NCBI RefSeq assembly: GCF_004010195.1
Contig: NC_057754.1
Location: forward strand, 11,749,609-11,813,608
Source: Chiloscyllium plagiosum
Lineage: Eukaryota
Length of the DNA stretch: 64,000 nucleotides
Direction: 5' to 3'
Of this stretch, positions 36,401 through 48,437 are shown piece by piece. The notes under the pieces were generated by a model. The model was given only the letters and a program-made list of their open reading frames with translations, was not told the origin of the DNA and did no database searches. How positions within the stretch are numbered: position 1 is the first letter of the stretch; every line of letters starts with the position of its first letter. Made by a program: the position numbers and the translations under genes.

Positions 36401-39400
36401 AGTGTTGCATTTGCAGAATATTACAGGATAATGGGTGGACAGTACGGGCAGGAGAATGTTAGGAAGTGAGAATGTACAGGCCTAAAGGAGTTTGCACATA
36501 AAGCATTGGCGTGAGGGTGTCGAGGCGACGACCCAGAAAGCGAGGGTTGGAGGTTCAATAGGCATAGAAATAGAAAGCGTTCTGATGAAAGGCAGATATT
36601 ACACAGATGGGGAGGATTGTCAGCACAAGAATACCTTAGAGAGAAAGAGAATGCTGTTCAGACTGGAAGATAGTACAGAAATGGCGAGGTTAGAGATCAG
36701 TGAAGATGGATGGAGATCAGGTGGGTTGTAGGGATTAAACTTGTCACGTGGTGTACAGGGTTATCAGTACCGAAGGAGTTACAGAGGCAGAGAGGATTGT
36801 ACGGACTGTAGATTACACAGACAGGGTAGAGTTGGCGCTGTAGTAGTTTTTGAAGGTAGGGAGGATTATAAGGACTGGAGAGTTCACAGATACGGGCGGT
36901 AGTAGGAGTTGCAGGGGTTCATAGGCATTGGGAGGGTTGTGTGGTCTAAAGATTACACACAGGGCGGTAGTTGAGCTGTAGGAGGTACAGAGATAGGGAG
37001 GATTGTAGGGACTGGGGATTCCATATTTTGGGGTGGTAGTTGAGGATAGTCGGGATGTAGGAATTCAGCGAGTTAGTGAGGGCTATGAAGGCAGTTTTGC
37101 GACAATCCCATCAGTTAAACGGAGGAGATTAAAGAGACAAGATAATTGCAAATGCTTGAAGGTATTGCAATGACAGGAGGCCGTCATACTCGAGCAGGTT
37201 ACAGGGACAGAATGCATTGCAGGGTTGGAGTTTTGTACAAGCAAAACAAAATGCTGCAAGGAATCAATAACCAGCTATCGATCAGGAGGATTGGAAGATC
37301 TGGAGATAGAAAACGAGAATTGTAGTGATTACAGAAGATCAGTTTAGAAAATGAGGTTTCCAATATAAGACAGAGAAGAGAAGATTCATTGTTCTGAATG
37401 ATCCATTCCTACTTCATATTAGCTTTTACACAGCTCTTGGCAATTTGATGGGAGAACAAGGAGTGAGGTCATTTGGAACTGCAGGATTTAACAGACTAAG
37501 GCCGGGTTGTTAGGGCTGGAGGTGGTTGCGGGGTGGGGGGGTGGGGGAGTAGACGGAGATGTTCAACAGCTGTAGGCGTTGACAGTGAGGGCGTACTGGA
37601 GAACTGAACACTGTCAGGGATATACTCCTAGGCATAAGGTCACACAGAACAGGAAGATCCTGCAATCCATATGTGTCATTTACTCAGTCCGCAAGCCCAC
37701 ATACGATGCACATGAGGGTGCCTAGCTCCTGGTCCTCAGGTCCAAGTGTACTAACCTCTGAACCAGTCAATGAGATCCATTGAATAGGATCTGTCCAGAA
37801 CTATTCTCGTCAAGCAGGGATCTTAAGGTATGACCTATTCAATTCAATCGATGACTAACTGGACCAAGCAAAAAGAAAACTGCACCCAGATACTCTGATG
37901 AGACAATACAATTAATGACACCATGCAGAGAACAATAGAATGCAAGAAACGGGTTTGCTTAACTCAGGGTCAATGCTACAGTTTTATTTACTTCCAATGG
38001 AAACCAATTCTTGCTTTTTGCAAGTTGTGTCAAAATATTCCAAACAAAGACTTTGATGAGATGAGTACTGGTCATTCATATGGATCTGGGGGTCACCAAT
38101 GCACGGAGAGTACTTTCTACCAGATCAGTATCACGCACACAGACAGACTGGGCAAATAGATTCAGATATGAACTCAACTGGGAATCTGAGGCCGTGCTCA
38201 GCCATTCTAGTAACGAGCTTCAGAATCAGAGCAGCAAGATCCCAGAAGTATATATTTGTAGATACAAAGCATTTTGTCATTGAATCTCATGATCTGATCA
38301 GGAAAATCCATGGTTCAACTTGTAACTTCCATCTCGTTCCACAATCCTTTCTATCTTGCAATGTTCAGTTTCTCCTATTTCTAACATCCTGCAGGATCCA
38401 TGTCTTTTCCTACATTTGCACCATCCTCCCGTTTCTGAAATACTCTGTACCTCTGTAATATGCCCCAGGTTCTGCAACCCTTCCTATCTTGGAAACCACC
38501 CCCAGGGTGACTGTGGAGCCTAGTGTCGGTTACAGGAATAGGGAGAGATATCACACCTGCAATTTAACCAGAAAGTGAGAAGGTTGCAGTGAAAAAAAAG
38601 AGCTTTGAAGGTCTATAGTGATCAAGGAGAATACATAAATAAAAATGATTACAGAAAATTGAAAACGTTTCAGAGTTTGGAGTATTGTAGGGACAGGAGG
38701 AGTTTACTGTGGTGAGGTGGTTTTGTGCAAGGGAGGATTTTACATCAATATGGATGTGACAAGAAGTTTCAGGAATTGATGGGTATGGAGTCTGAAGTGG
38801 TTACACAGATTGAAACAGTTTTAAGGAGTGGAGGCGATTGCAGAGGCAACAATAATTGCCTGATCTAGATTATAATATCCAGATTAGAAAAGTTGCAGTG
38901 ATTAAATGTGTTTCTCTTTTAAATGGGGTGCATTAGACAGCCACAACTGGTTACAGAAATGTGGAGAACAGTGGGGATAGCAGGAATTCAGGGAAACTTG
39001 CAGGGCTGGAACAGTTTACACGGATAAGGATGTTTGTCAGGACAGGAATGGCTTACACAGACAGGCAGCGTTTTCGGGAACATTGCTATTTACAGACATA
39101 AAGACGATCACACAGACTGGAGGAACTAACAGAGATATGGAGGGTTATAATGACTGAAGCCATTAACAGATAGAGGAAGCCTTAGCTTGTGGATTTTACA
39201 CAGCTACGAGGCTATGGAATCTGGTCGAGCTTACAGAGACAGGAACAGCAATAGGGACTGGAGACGGATGCACAGCTCGGAAGCATTGCACAAAATGAAG
39301 AAGATTCCTGAGGGAGGGGTTGACAATAAAAGCTGTCTAGGCAGAGGCAACCATATCCCACAAGTGAATAAAAAATAATTGGAACTATACGGGTATCAGT

Positions 39401-40109
39401 GTCCTGAGAAACAATGTCAGTAAATTTATGGACAAGGCTTTAAACTGACAGATAGTATGCAGGGACAGGGCTCAGGTGAAATGAGATTTCCAAATTCAAA
39501 GAGAAAAGGTGTAGCATCGGAACAGCATGGCGAACTGGTCAAAGTCAAACAGAAAGGAACAGGAAGGGACAGAATTTAAGTAATACTGCACCTCAGCAAA
39601 TGGGCTTGTGATAGGAAATTGCGCTAAAATGTAAATTAAAATATTCTTTTTTGAATGGACAAAGTATCTGCAATAAGATAGATGGACTTGTGACACATAG
39701 ATAAATGCGATTTAGTCACCAGAGAGACGTGGTTACAGGGAGAACAAAAGGTGAAAATTCCTACCTGTGCATTGCTCAGGTCGTAAATGATCAAATTCGA
39801 ATAAGAGAAGCTGAGAAGACTACAAATAAAAAAAAACTAACCATTCTTAACAAATCTAGTATTTTAGATGCAGACAGAGGGTGACCAAAATATGGACGGT
39901 GAGTTTAAGTGTATTGCAAGGAGTGCCCTAGCAGAAGGAGAGCTGTCGGGGTCTAATGCTCCTCTAGTGAGGAACAGGAAAGGTTGAAGATGTTGGATGT
40001 GGTGAGACTGTTACACAAAGTGGCAAGGACCTGACCAATGTTACAAAGCCAGTACGAATTGCTGCAGCCGGTGTTGTTTACAGCCGTAGGAAGGGAAATA
40101 TGCACTCAA

Positions 40110-40805
40110 AGAGTCATAGAGATACAACATGGAAACAGGCCCTTCAGTCCAATTTGTCCATGCTGACCCTATATCCCAAATCAATCTAATCCCGCCAGCC
40201 AGCATCCGGACCATATCCCTCCAAATCCTTCCTATTCCTATCCCGTCTAGGTGTCTTTTAAATGTTGCAATTACACTAGCCTCCACCACTTCCCCGGCAC
40301 TTCATTTCATACACGTACCACCATCTGCATGAAAAAGATTGTCCCTTAGGTTTCTTTTATATCTTTCCCCTCTCACCCTAAACCTATGCCCTCTATTTCT
40401 GGACTCCCCCACACCAGGGAAGAGACTTTGTCTATTTATATTATCCATGCCCCTCATGATTTTATAACCCTCTATAACATCACCCCCTCAGCCTCCGATG
40501 CTCCACGGAAAACAGCTGTAGCCTATTTCTCCGTCGAGCTCAAATCCTCCAACCCTGGCAACATCGTTGCAAATCTTTTCTGAACTCTTTCAAGTTTCCA
40601 ATAGAAAGGAGACCAGAATTATATGCAGTATTCCAACAGTGGCCTAACCAATGTCCTGTACAGCCGCAACATGATCTCCCAGCACCTATACTTAATGCTC
40701 TGTCCAATAAAGGAAAGCATACCAAAGCTTTTTTCACTCTTCTATCTACCTGTGACTGGACTTTCAAGGTGCTATAAACCTGCACTCCAAAGTCTCTTTG
40801 TTCAT
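40110..40805 (-). mobile_element. CR1 LINE 3' end
   Basis: LKVQSQVDRRVKKA, VEASVIATFKRHLD; (ctatga) tail at about 40112. Confidence 0.9.
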
Positions 40806-43579
40806 GTACGGAGAGTTGTGGAAACAGTTGGTAGTTAGAGTGAGGGAGGGCTTCAGAGACTGCAGGAGATCATACAGATAAGGAGGTTTCTAAGAGGAGG
40901 GGAAAGTAACAAAAATAGAAAAACTGCAGTGTCTGAAGAGGTTTCAGCCATCAGAAGGTTTCAAGGTGCAGGACGATGTTCCAAAGAAAGCGACAGTTGG
41001 AGAAATGGGAGGAGCATACAAAGATAGGGAGGGATTTAGACAATTTAAGATATTATGTTACAGCGTTTCGCAACGTTTCACAACAAAATGAAGTTAGGAG
41101 GGTTAGAGATTATTGAAGCAGGGTTGACGAATGTGTAGTGATCTAGGATTTGAAGGATGAGGATTAGAAATAAGAGGTGGAAAGAGGTTATGAACTCTAT
41201 GAGTTTACAGAGAAACACAGGAAAGAGGAGCAGATGTCAGTCATTTGGCCACACGAGTCTGCCCCACTATTCAATATGATCACAACTGATCATCTAACTC
41301 CGTACACTGTTCCTGCTTTCACCCAATACTCTAACATTGTAATGACTGGTAGAGTTAGTGATACAGAGGGCTGTAGTAACTGGAAGAGGGTTTACAGAGA
41401 CTGGGAGAGCTATGGAGGCTGGAACTAGTGACAGGTATAAGGACGATTTTAAGAATGAGAACACTTTGCAGAGAAATGAAGGCATGTAGGGATGCAACAG
41501 CGTGGCAGTCACAGGGGGAATAACGGGAGCTGATGAAGGTCATGGAAATAGATAGCCACATGGGGAAGATGTTAAACATATAAAGATTTGTCTTGATTGA
41601 AGAAGGTTACATACAAAGAGAGGATAGTAGCGACCAGCAGAGTTGGCAGAGATTGAGTGTGTTTGAGAGACAGTTGGAGTTTATAGTGTTCATTAGGATT
41701 GTAGGGACAAAATTACATGACAGAGAGGCTAGCACTGGATGGTATCCACAGACAATGAGGATTTTAATAGCTCGAGAAAGTTACTAAGGTAGGGAGTTCC
41801 TTGGTAGGTGACACAGATAGTGAGATTCGTAGGAGCTTGACATTGCTGCAAAGATAGGGAGGTTTTTCAGATCTGGAAGGATTATACAGATCAGGACAAC
41901 TCAAGGGACTGAAGAACTTTTCACAGATGAGAAGGGTTGTAGGGGCTGGAGAAGATTACCCTGGTAGAGATGGATATAGGGCTTAGAGAACAATACACAG
42001 ACATGGAGGTTTATATTGGTAGGAAGAACTTGCAAAGATAGACAGGACTGTTGAGGCTTATAGAGTTAAAGAAAGATAGTATTTGCTCGAGAAATTTAGG
42101 TATTATGTTAAAGGGATTGGAGAAGCTGACAGACATAGGGAGCATTCTTTGAACTAGAGAAGGTTGCAAAGTGATATGTACTGGAGGGTATTATAGCGAT
42201 CCTGTAATACAGCATGGGTCAGGTTTGATGCCTGGGATCACCTGTGCTGTCTCAGTGAAGACCAGTACAGCAGGGGTGAAAGCAGGAGCCTAACAAGATG
42301 GTGGTTACGCAGCCTAGCATTTTGCTGTTTCTTGTCTAGCACTATATATATGTCATGTATTTTGGGTCTGAATATAGATGTGCACTAACTCCATCCTGTG
42401 CTGTTTACTGTGCATGTGCATGATCTTTACCAGGTACAGGGTTTATTGAAGGCTCCAGATCTCACTCTCCATTTCTCTGGCTGATCAACCAAAATCAATA
42501 AGGTGATGGACGAGACAGGAGTTGGGAAATCTGATTATGCTGGAACATCCTGATTACCTACAGGAGACAGACATGTAGGCAGACTCAGAAATTAGACCGA
42601 TGCAGTGAGGTTTACTCATGTAGAATTGTACTGAATCCAACAGAAATCTGGACAAGCCAGTTTCCATCCCTGACATGTGCTGCTGCGTCTCTCTGGAGTG
42701 GATAATTCAGTTGGCTCAGGACCTCAGGTCAGCCCCAAAAGCAAGAGGCACAGACAGACAGCAATTCGACCCATAGAGTGAAAACATACTGAGTGATACA
42801 ACCCGGGTACAGGAAGATTTCGGAATCAAACATCAGTGTCAGATGTAGTGGCTATGATTCAGTGGGCACTACTACTCAGCGGGAATTCAGCTATTATATT
42901 GGGATCGGCTCCACTGGTACAGTGCTGGGGCCAGTGCCCTGGTCAATCATATGACCAGGATTATGCAGAGTGCTTTAAACTGAACTTGATGAGGAGGGGC
43001 AGGGCTTGATGAGGAGGGAAAGGCAATTCCCAAGTCCAAAGAAAAAGTTTGGAATATCGGAATACAACAGAAATATGGCTGAAGACAAGCAGAAAGAAAC
43101 AGGAAGAGATTGCGTTTAACTAATATAGTACATCGGTAAATAGGTTTCTGACAAGCAACTTAAAGGAAAAATTACAGGTTGCTTTTCATTTGAATGCCCA
43201 ATGTACCTGCAATAAAGATATATGCATTGTGTGACTTGTGATTTCTATCTAATCGCCATCAGGGAAATGTGGTCACAGGGTGAACAAAATGTGTTGCATT
43301 TTTATTCACGGCTGCACAAAGGAAAGTCAGGCAGATTGGGTAACAGGATGGGGAACTGATATAGCTAGGGAAAGAAATGCGATCACTAAGAATATATTTA
43401 TGAACGAGTATGAATTCAAATTCTGGGTAATGACGGCCGAAAACAGAAGTGGAAGGGCAGTTTTAAGGCCCCCTTACAGCATGACATTGTTAGACACTGC
43501 ATTAACAGGGAATTGTTGGAATTTATAACCAAGGCACTGTGATAATTGTGAGGTAATTCAATATCTCATTGGCAATTGG

Positions 43580-45430
43580 TCAAAAACTAGGATGACTGTC
43601 CCACTGTCAGGGTTTGTCTGTCCGTGGAAGCCACAGACTAATGTGGCTTCCACGGACTCTGTTACAGTTGGGGCAAAAGGTGGCCATGGGAAAGAGGTGG
43701 GTGTGGCATTGGTGTGGCAGCCTTGTGCTGTTTTCCCTGGCTTCCCCTTTTTCCCAACGGGAAGTCTCGAGGTGCTCGACGCTTTCCAAGTGCTCCTCAT
43801 TCACTTTGGATGGTCATGGTCCAGTCAACCCCAGGCGTTGGTGGGTACGCTGCACGTCACCAGTAATGCTTTGAAGTACTTCCTCTGTCCACCTGGGGCT
43901 CACCTGCTGTTTCAGAGCAGGGAGTAGAGCACCTGCTTAGTGATTCTCATGTTGGTCATGGGGACAACGTATCCAACCCATCGCAGATGATCCAGGTGGG
44001 TCAGTACCTCGATGCTGGGGAGGTTGGCCTGGTCAAAGACGTTGGCGTGGGTGTTCCCAGTTGATTGACAGAATATTGCACACACAGCGTTGGTGGGACT
44101 GCTTCAGCACCTTGAGATGCATGCTGTAGACAGTCCCATCTTAGAGCCACACAAGAGCGTGGGAACCATCACAGGGCTTGGTGTCAGATCTGATGTTGTT
44201 GTTGACATCAAACACGCTTTCCTCCACACTCCAAAGGCTATGCTAGTACACTTGTGGCAGTGCTGGATCCCTTAACCAATATCTGCTTCGAGGTATTTGA
44301 AGGTCCAAGGCTTCTCCCGTACCTTATGATCGGGGGTTCGCTCTGTATGCCGGCCCAGGTTGGTGGAGGGCCTTCATCTTGTTTAGTGTGAGACCCATGC
44401 TCCCATAAGTCCTTGTAAAGATGCTGACAATGGTCTGGAGTGCATCCTCTGAGATTGCATCATCCACTGACTGCAGGTCGATGACACTGTTTAGGGGCAC
44501 TTTGGTTTAGGCCCGAGGGCGGCAGAGTTTGAATAGTTTCCTGCTGTTTCTAGAAGTTATCCTCACTTCAGCGGGGAGATTGTCAGTGGTGAGGTGAAGC
44601 AATGCAGAGAGGTAGATTGGGAACAGAATTGGGACACTTAGACAGCCCTGACATTACAGCCGTCCAAACGGGGAATGGGTGGTTGGGGGAGCCATTTCTA
44701 TTTACCAACACTTCCATGGTATCGTGGAGCAGGCGAAGTATAGTGACAAACTTCATGGTATAGCTAAAGCAGGGATTCCCGGGTGATGGTGTCAAAGACA
44801 ATATGTTGTATTGTCGACGTTGGCTATGTACAGGAGAAGATTTTCTGTATTTCTCCTGCAGCTGTCATACCATGAAAATCGCGACCATTATGTCACTTCG
44901 TGGGTGGAAGCCATATTACGATTCCGGGAGGAGTTCCTCAGAAAAGGGAGGAGACAGTTGAGGACGAACTTGACACTGACTTTTCCAATGGTCAACAACA
45001 GGGAGATTCCCCTGTTTTTACCACCATTACACATGTTCTCATTCTTTTTGAAAATAATCACGACTGTGACATCGCAGAGCTCTCCTGGGATGTTCTGCAC
45101 CTTTCAGGTAAGGCAGGCAAAGGACGTATCATTGCAGCAGGATATCCGTGTCTCTGCATGTCAATGCCTTAGGAGTAATATCGCCTGCATCAGCAGCCTT
45201 GTTGTTCTTGAGCTGTTGGACGCTTTTCTCTACTTCTGGTGGGGTTAGGGTATTGCTGAGCCCGGGTTGTGTCATGGGCTGTAGGATACGGTCAAGGACT
45301 CTCGCATTGACGACTCAACACTGTTTGAAGAGGTCTCTGAAGTGCTCGCCCCAGCATTCTTTGATGATTTCTTTGTCTATGATAAGAGCCACTCCATGCT
45401 TGGCCAGTAATGGGGTGGGGCCTGGGTGAT
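43580..45430 (-). mobile_element. RTE-clade LINE fragment (RT and 3' end), decayed
   Basis: IPGELCDVTVVIIFKK...GKNRGISLLLTIGKV; KFVTILRLLHDTME; 3' part paralogous to 34420-35430. Confidence 0.88.
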
Positions 45431-46299
45431 AAGATGGAATTCAAATGGATGATGATGCTATAGAGTAATCACTTCAGGCACAACCATCAATCTGAAATTG
45501 AAACAAAGCAAGTGGCATGGGTATGAGGGGAGAACGGCCCAAGGATAACAGGGTAAACAGATTGAAATGTACAGCTCTAAAGTAACAGGAAGAAAATATT
45601 CCACAAAAGGACATTCCATTGACACAGGCAAAACTTCAGCAAGAAAACACAATTAGTGGTTATCTCAATTCTTCAAGGGTCATATTAGATCATATTAGTG
45701 GCTTCAAAGCCATTCAATAAAAGCAAACTAACAATTCTGAACACAGTGACTGATCAAGGGCTACCAAAATGTTGAAGTCAGTGTTAAAAGGAGAGGAGTG
45801 TTGTAAGAAGTGGAAACATTGTTGGGCTTTAATGAGATAATAAGGGACACTTGAATGTGCTGGTCGTGTTGGCACACATACGAAGTGTGATGGCCTGAAC
45901 GACTTTATAAAGCCAGTACGAATTATTATGGCAGGAGGATTCACAGAGTTAAAGAGGGCAATATGTGCTGGAGTCGGTCCGAAAGATATGGAGGGTTACA
46001 GAAATAGAGAGGAGTACAAATACATGTTGTGGGACCCAAAACAGGTTATAGAGATAGAAAGTGTCAAATTGGTTTCAAGGGTGTAGTGGACTTCAACTGG
46101 GCAGTGGGGGATAAAGGATGTTTGATATTGGGCGGAGTTGTAGGAACAGAAGGATGGGTAGAGGTATAGGCAGTTTCAAACATAAGGAATGCTGTAGGGA
46201 CTAGAGGAAGATACAATTTAAAGATGGATCTGGTGCTTGAGGAAAAGACGTTTATACAGCGCTGAACATTGACAAAGACAAACACACACACAATCCAAG

Positions 46300-47470
46300 G
46301 ATAAAATTCAGCTCACCACAGAGAAATTTCTGTGTGGAATCCACAGGCTTAAATCAGCTCTGTACACAGACAACTGACCATTCAGTGCCCGCAAGGTAAA
46401 GCTCAGCTCCTCAGACAGAAATGACCACAGTCCACAAGCTCTCCACACAGAAGAAACCATTCACAATCTGTAGGTCTAAGCAGCTCCAAACGCAAAACTA
46501 GCTCTTCACAGTCCACAGCATTATTCACACATAGTATTAACCATTCCCTGATGATAACCAGCTAAACTGATCCAACTAACATTCCAAAATCTGAATCAAC
46601 AGATTCAAAAATGTGGTCAAAAGATTAAATACTTCCCCGCACAAAACTGGCCATTCAGAGACCGTAATATTAAACACAGCTCTCCCAAATAAAACTGACT
46701 TTTCATAGATTGCAATATTATACACAGGTCCCCGTAAAAAACCTGACCATTTATAAAACGTTATGTTAATCACGGCTTCCTGCACAAAACTGACCATTTC
46801 AGACAACAATTTTAAACACAAACCCAACACAAAACTGACCGTTCATATACCGCAATATTAACCATAGATACCCTCACAAAACTGACCATTCATATGGCGT
46901 GATATTAAAAACACCTCCCTGCACAAAACTGACCATTTATAGACGACAATATGACACACAGTTTCCTGCACAAATCTGGCTATTTATAGACCACAATATG
47001 ATACACAGTTCCCTGCACAAAACTGACTATTCACAGACTGCAATTTTAAACGCAGTTCCCCTCACAAAACTGACAAATCATTGACTGTAATATTAAACAC
47101 ATTTCTCAGGAGAAAACAGACCATTTTTAGACCATAGTATTGCACACAGCTCCCCACATAAAACTGACCATTCATAGACTGTACTGTTAAACATAGCACC
47201 CAGCACAAAACTAACATTCATAGACCATAACATGAAGCACAGCTCCCTAAACAAAACTGACAAATTGACCTTAATGTTAAACACAGCACTCCGCACAAAA
47301 CTGACCATTCATAAAGTGTAGCATTAAACTCAGCTCCTTCCACAAAACTGGCGATTCATAGACTGCAACATTAACAAAGTTCGTGATACTAAACTGACCA
47401 TTCACAGTTTACAGGCCAACACCTAAAGTCCTGCAGACGCACACACACAAGAGCAGTTTCAAACATGGAA
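46300..47470. repeat. About 47-bp minisatellite, AT-rich variant
   Basis: Unit approximately cacaaaactgaccattcatagactgcaatattaaacacagctccctg. Clearest over 46630-47400. Confidence 0.9.
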
Positions 47471-47517
47471 CTGACTATTAACAATACACACTGGTCAGGC
47501 AGCATCTAAGGAGCAGG

Positions 47518-47552
47518 AGAATCGACGTTTCGGGCATGAGCCCTTCTTCAGG
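47518..47552 (-). ncRNA. Second hammerhead core on the opposite strand
   Basis: The reverse complement reads CCUGAAGAAGGGCUCAUGCCCGAAACGUCGAUUCU. The 5' arm of stem I is lost at the inversion point. Confidence 0.55.
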
Positions 47553-47592
47553 CCATTCCTGAAGAAGGGCTCATGCCCGAAACGTCGATTCT
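47553..47592 (+). ncRNA. Minimal type-I hammerhead ribozyme motif (Penelope-associated)
   Basis: CUGAAGA-A-GGGC(UCAU)GCCC-GAAAC-GUC: intact catalytic core, 4-bp stem II, palindromic ACGU stem III and a GUC cleavage triplet. Stem I is weak. Confidence 0.72.
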
Positions 47593-47924
47593 TCTGGTCC
47601 TTGGATGCTGTCTGACCTGCTGCGCTTTTCCAGCAACACATTTTCAGCTCTGATCTCCAGCATCTGCAGTCCTCACTTTCTCCCCTATTAACAATCCACA
47701 GGCTAATACACCGATCACTGTTAAGTAACCGTACACTGTCCACAGAATACAAACCAGCCTCTTATGGGGAAGCCATCATTTGGAAGACACAGAACAAAAC
47801 TCAGTTCCCACTCGTAAAGGACAGCTCTCTGACTACAGATGAAGAAACAACCCCCCGACTAACCAGAGTGCACAGTATTGAAATCAAGATTGCACATCCA
47901 GAACTGAACAGTGACCACAGCGGA

Positions 47925-48437
47925 GACAGAAATTCCCCACACAGGAACTGACTATCGTCAGCCCACAGGTTAGAAACAGCTCTCCACAACGGGACTGATC
48001 ATCCACAGCCCGCAGGTTGGAAACATCTCCCCACACAGGGACTGACCACCTGCAGCCCACAGGTTGGAAAGAGCCCTGCACACAGGGATTCACCAGCTGC
48101 AGCCCATAGGTTAGAAACAGTTCCCCACACAGGGACTGACAAACTGCAGCCCATAGGACAGAAACAGCTCTCCGCACAGGGACTAACCATCTGCTGGCCA
48201 CAGGTTGGAAACAGCTCCCTATATGGACTGACCATCTGCATGTCTCAGGTTGAAAACACCTCCCCACCCAGGGATTGACTTTCTGCAGCCCACAGGTTAG
48301 AAACAGCTCCCTGAACAGGGACTGACCGCCTGCAGCCCACAAGATAATAGCCAGCCCTCACACAGGGACTGACCATCTGCAGCACACACGTTAGAAACAG
48401 CTCCCCACACAAGGTCAGACAATCTGCAGCCCACAGC
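47925..48437. repeat. About 47-bp minisatellite, GC-richer variant, about 11 copies
   Basis: Unit approximately cacacagggactgaccatctgcagcccacaggttggaaacagctccc. Confidence 0.92.

Larger units (their letters stand above)
47491..47684. mobile_element. Penelope-derived fold-back mini-insertion with 16-bp TSD
   Basis: 60-bp inverted arms 47493-47552 and 47558-47617 (4 mismatches). TSD ctattaacaatacaca (47475-47490) / ctattaacaatccaca (47685-47700). Same terminal repeat family as at 9010, 52175, 56230 and 57040. Confidence 0.9.

Noticed and set aside
46300..48437. Regularly spaced repeats as a CRISPR-like array
   Set aside because: Whole units are homologous with no unique spacers, there are no cas-like ORFs, and the context is vertebrate.
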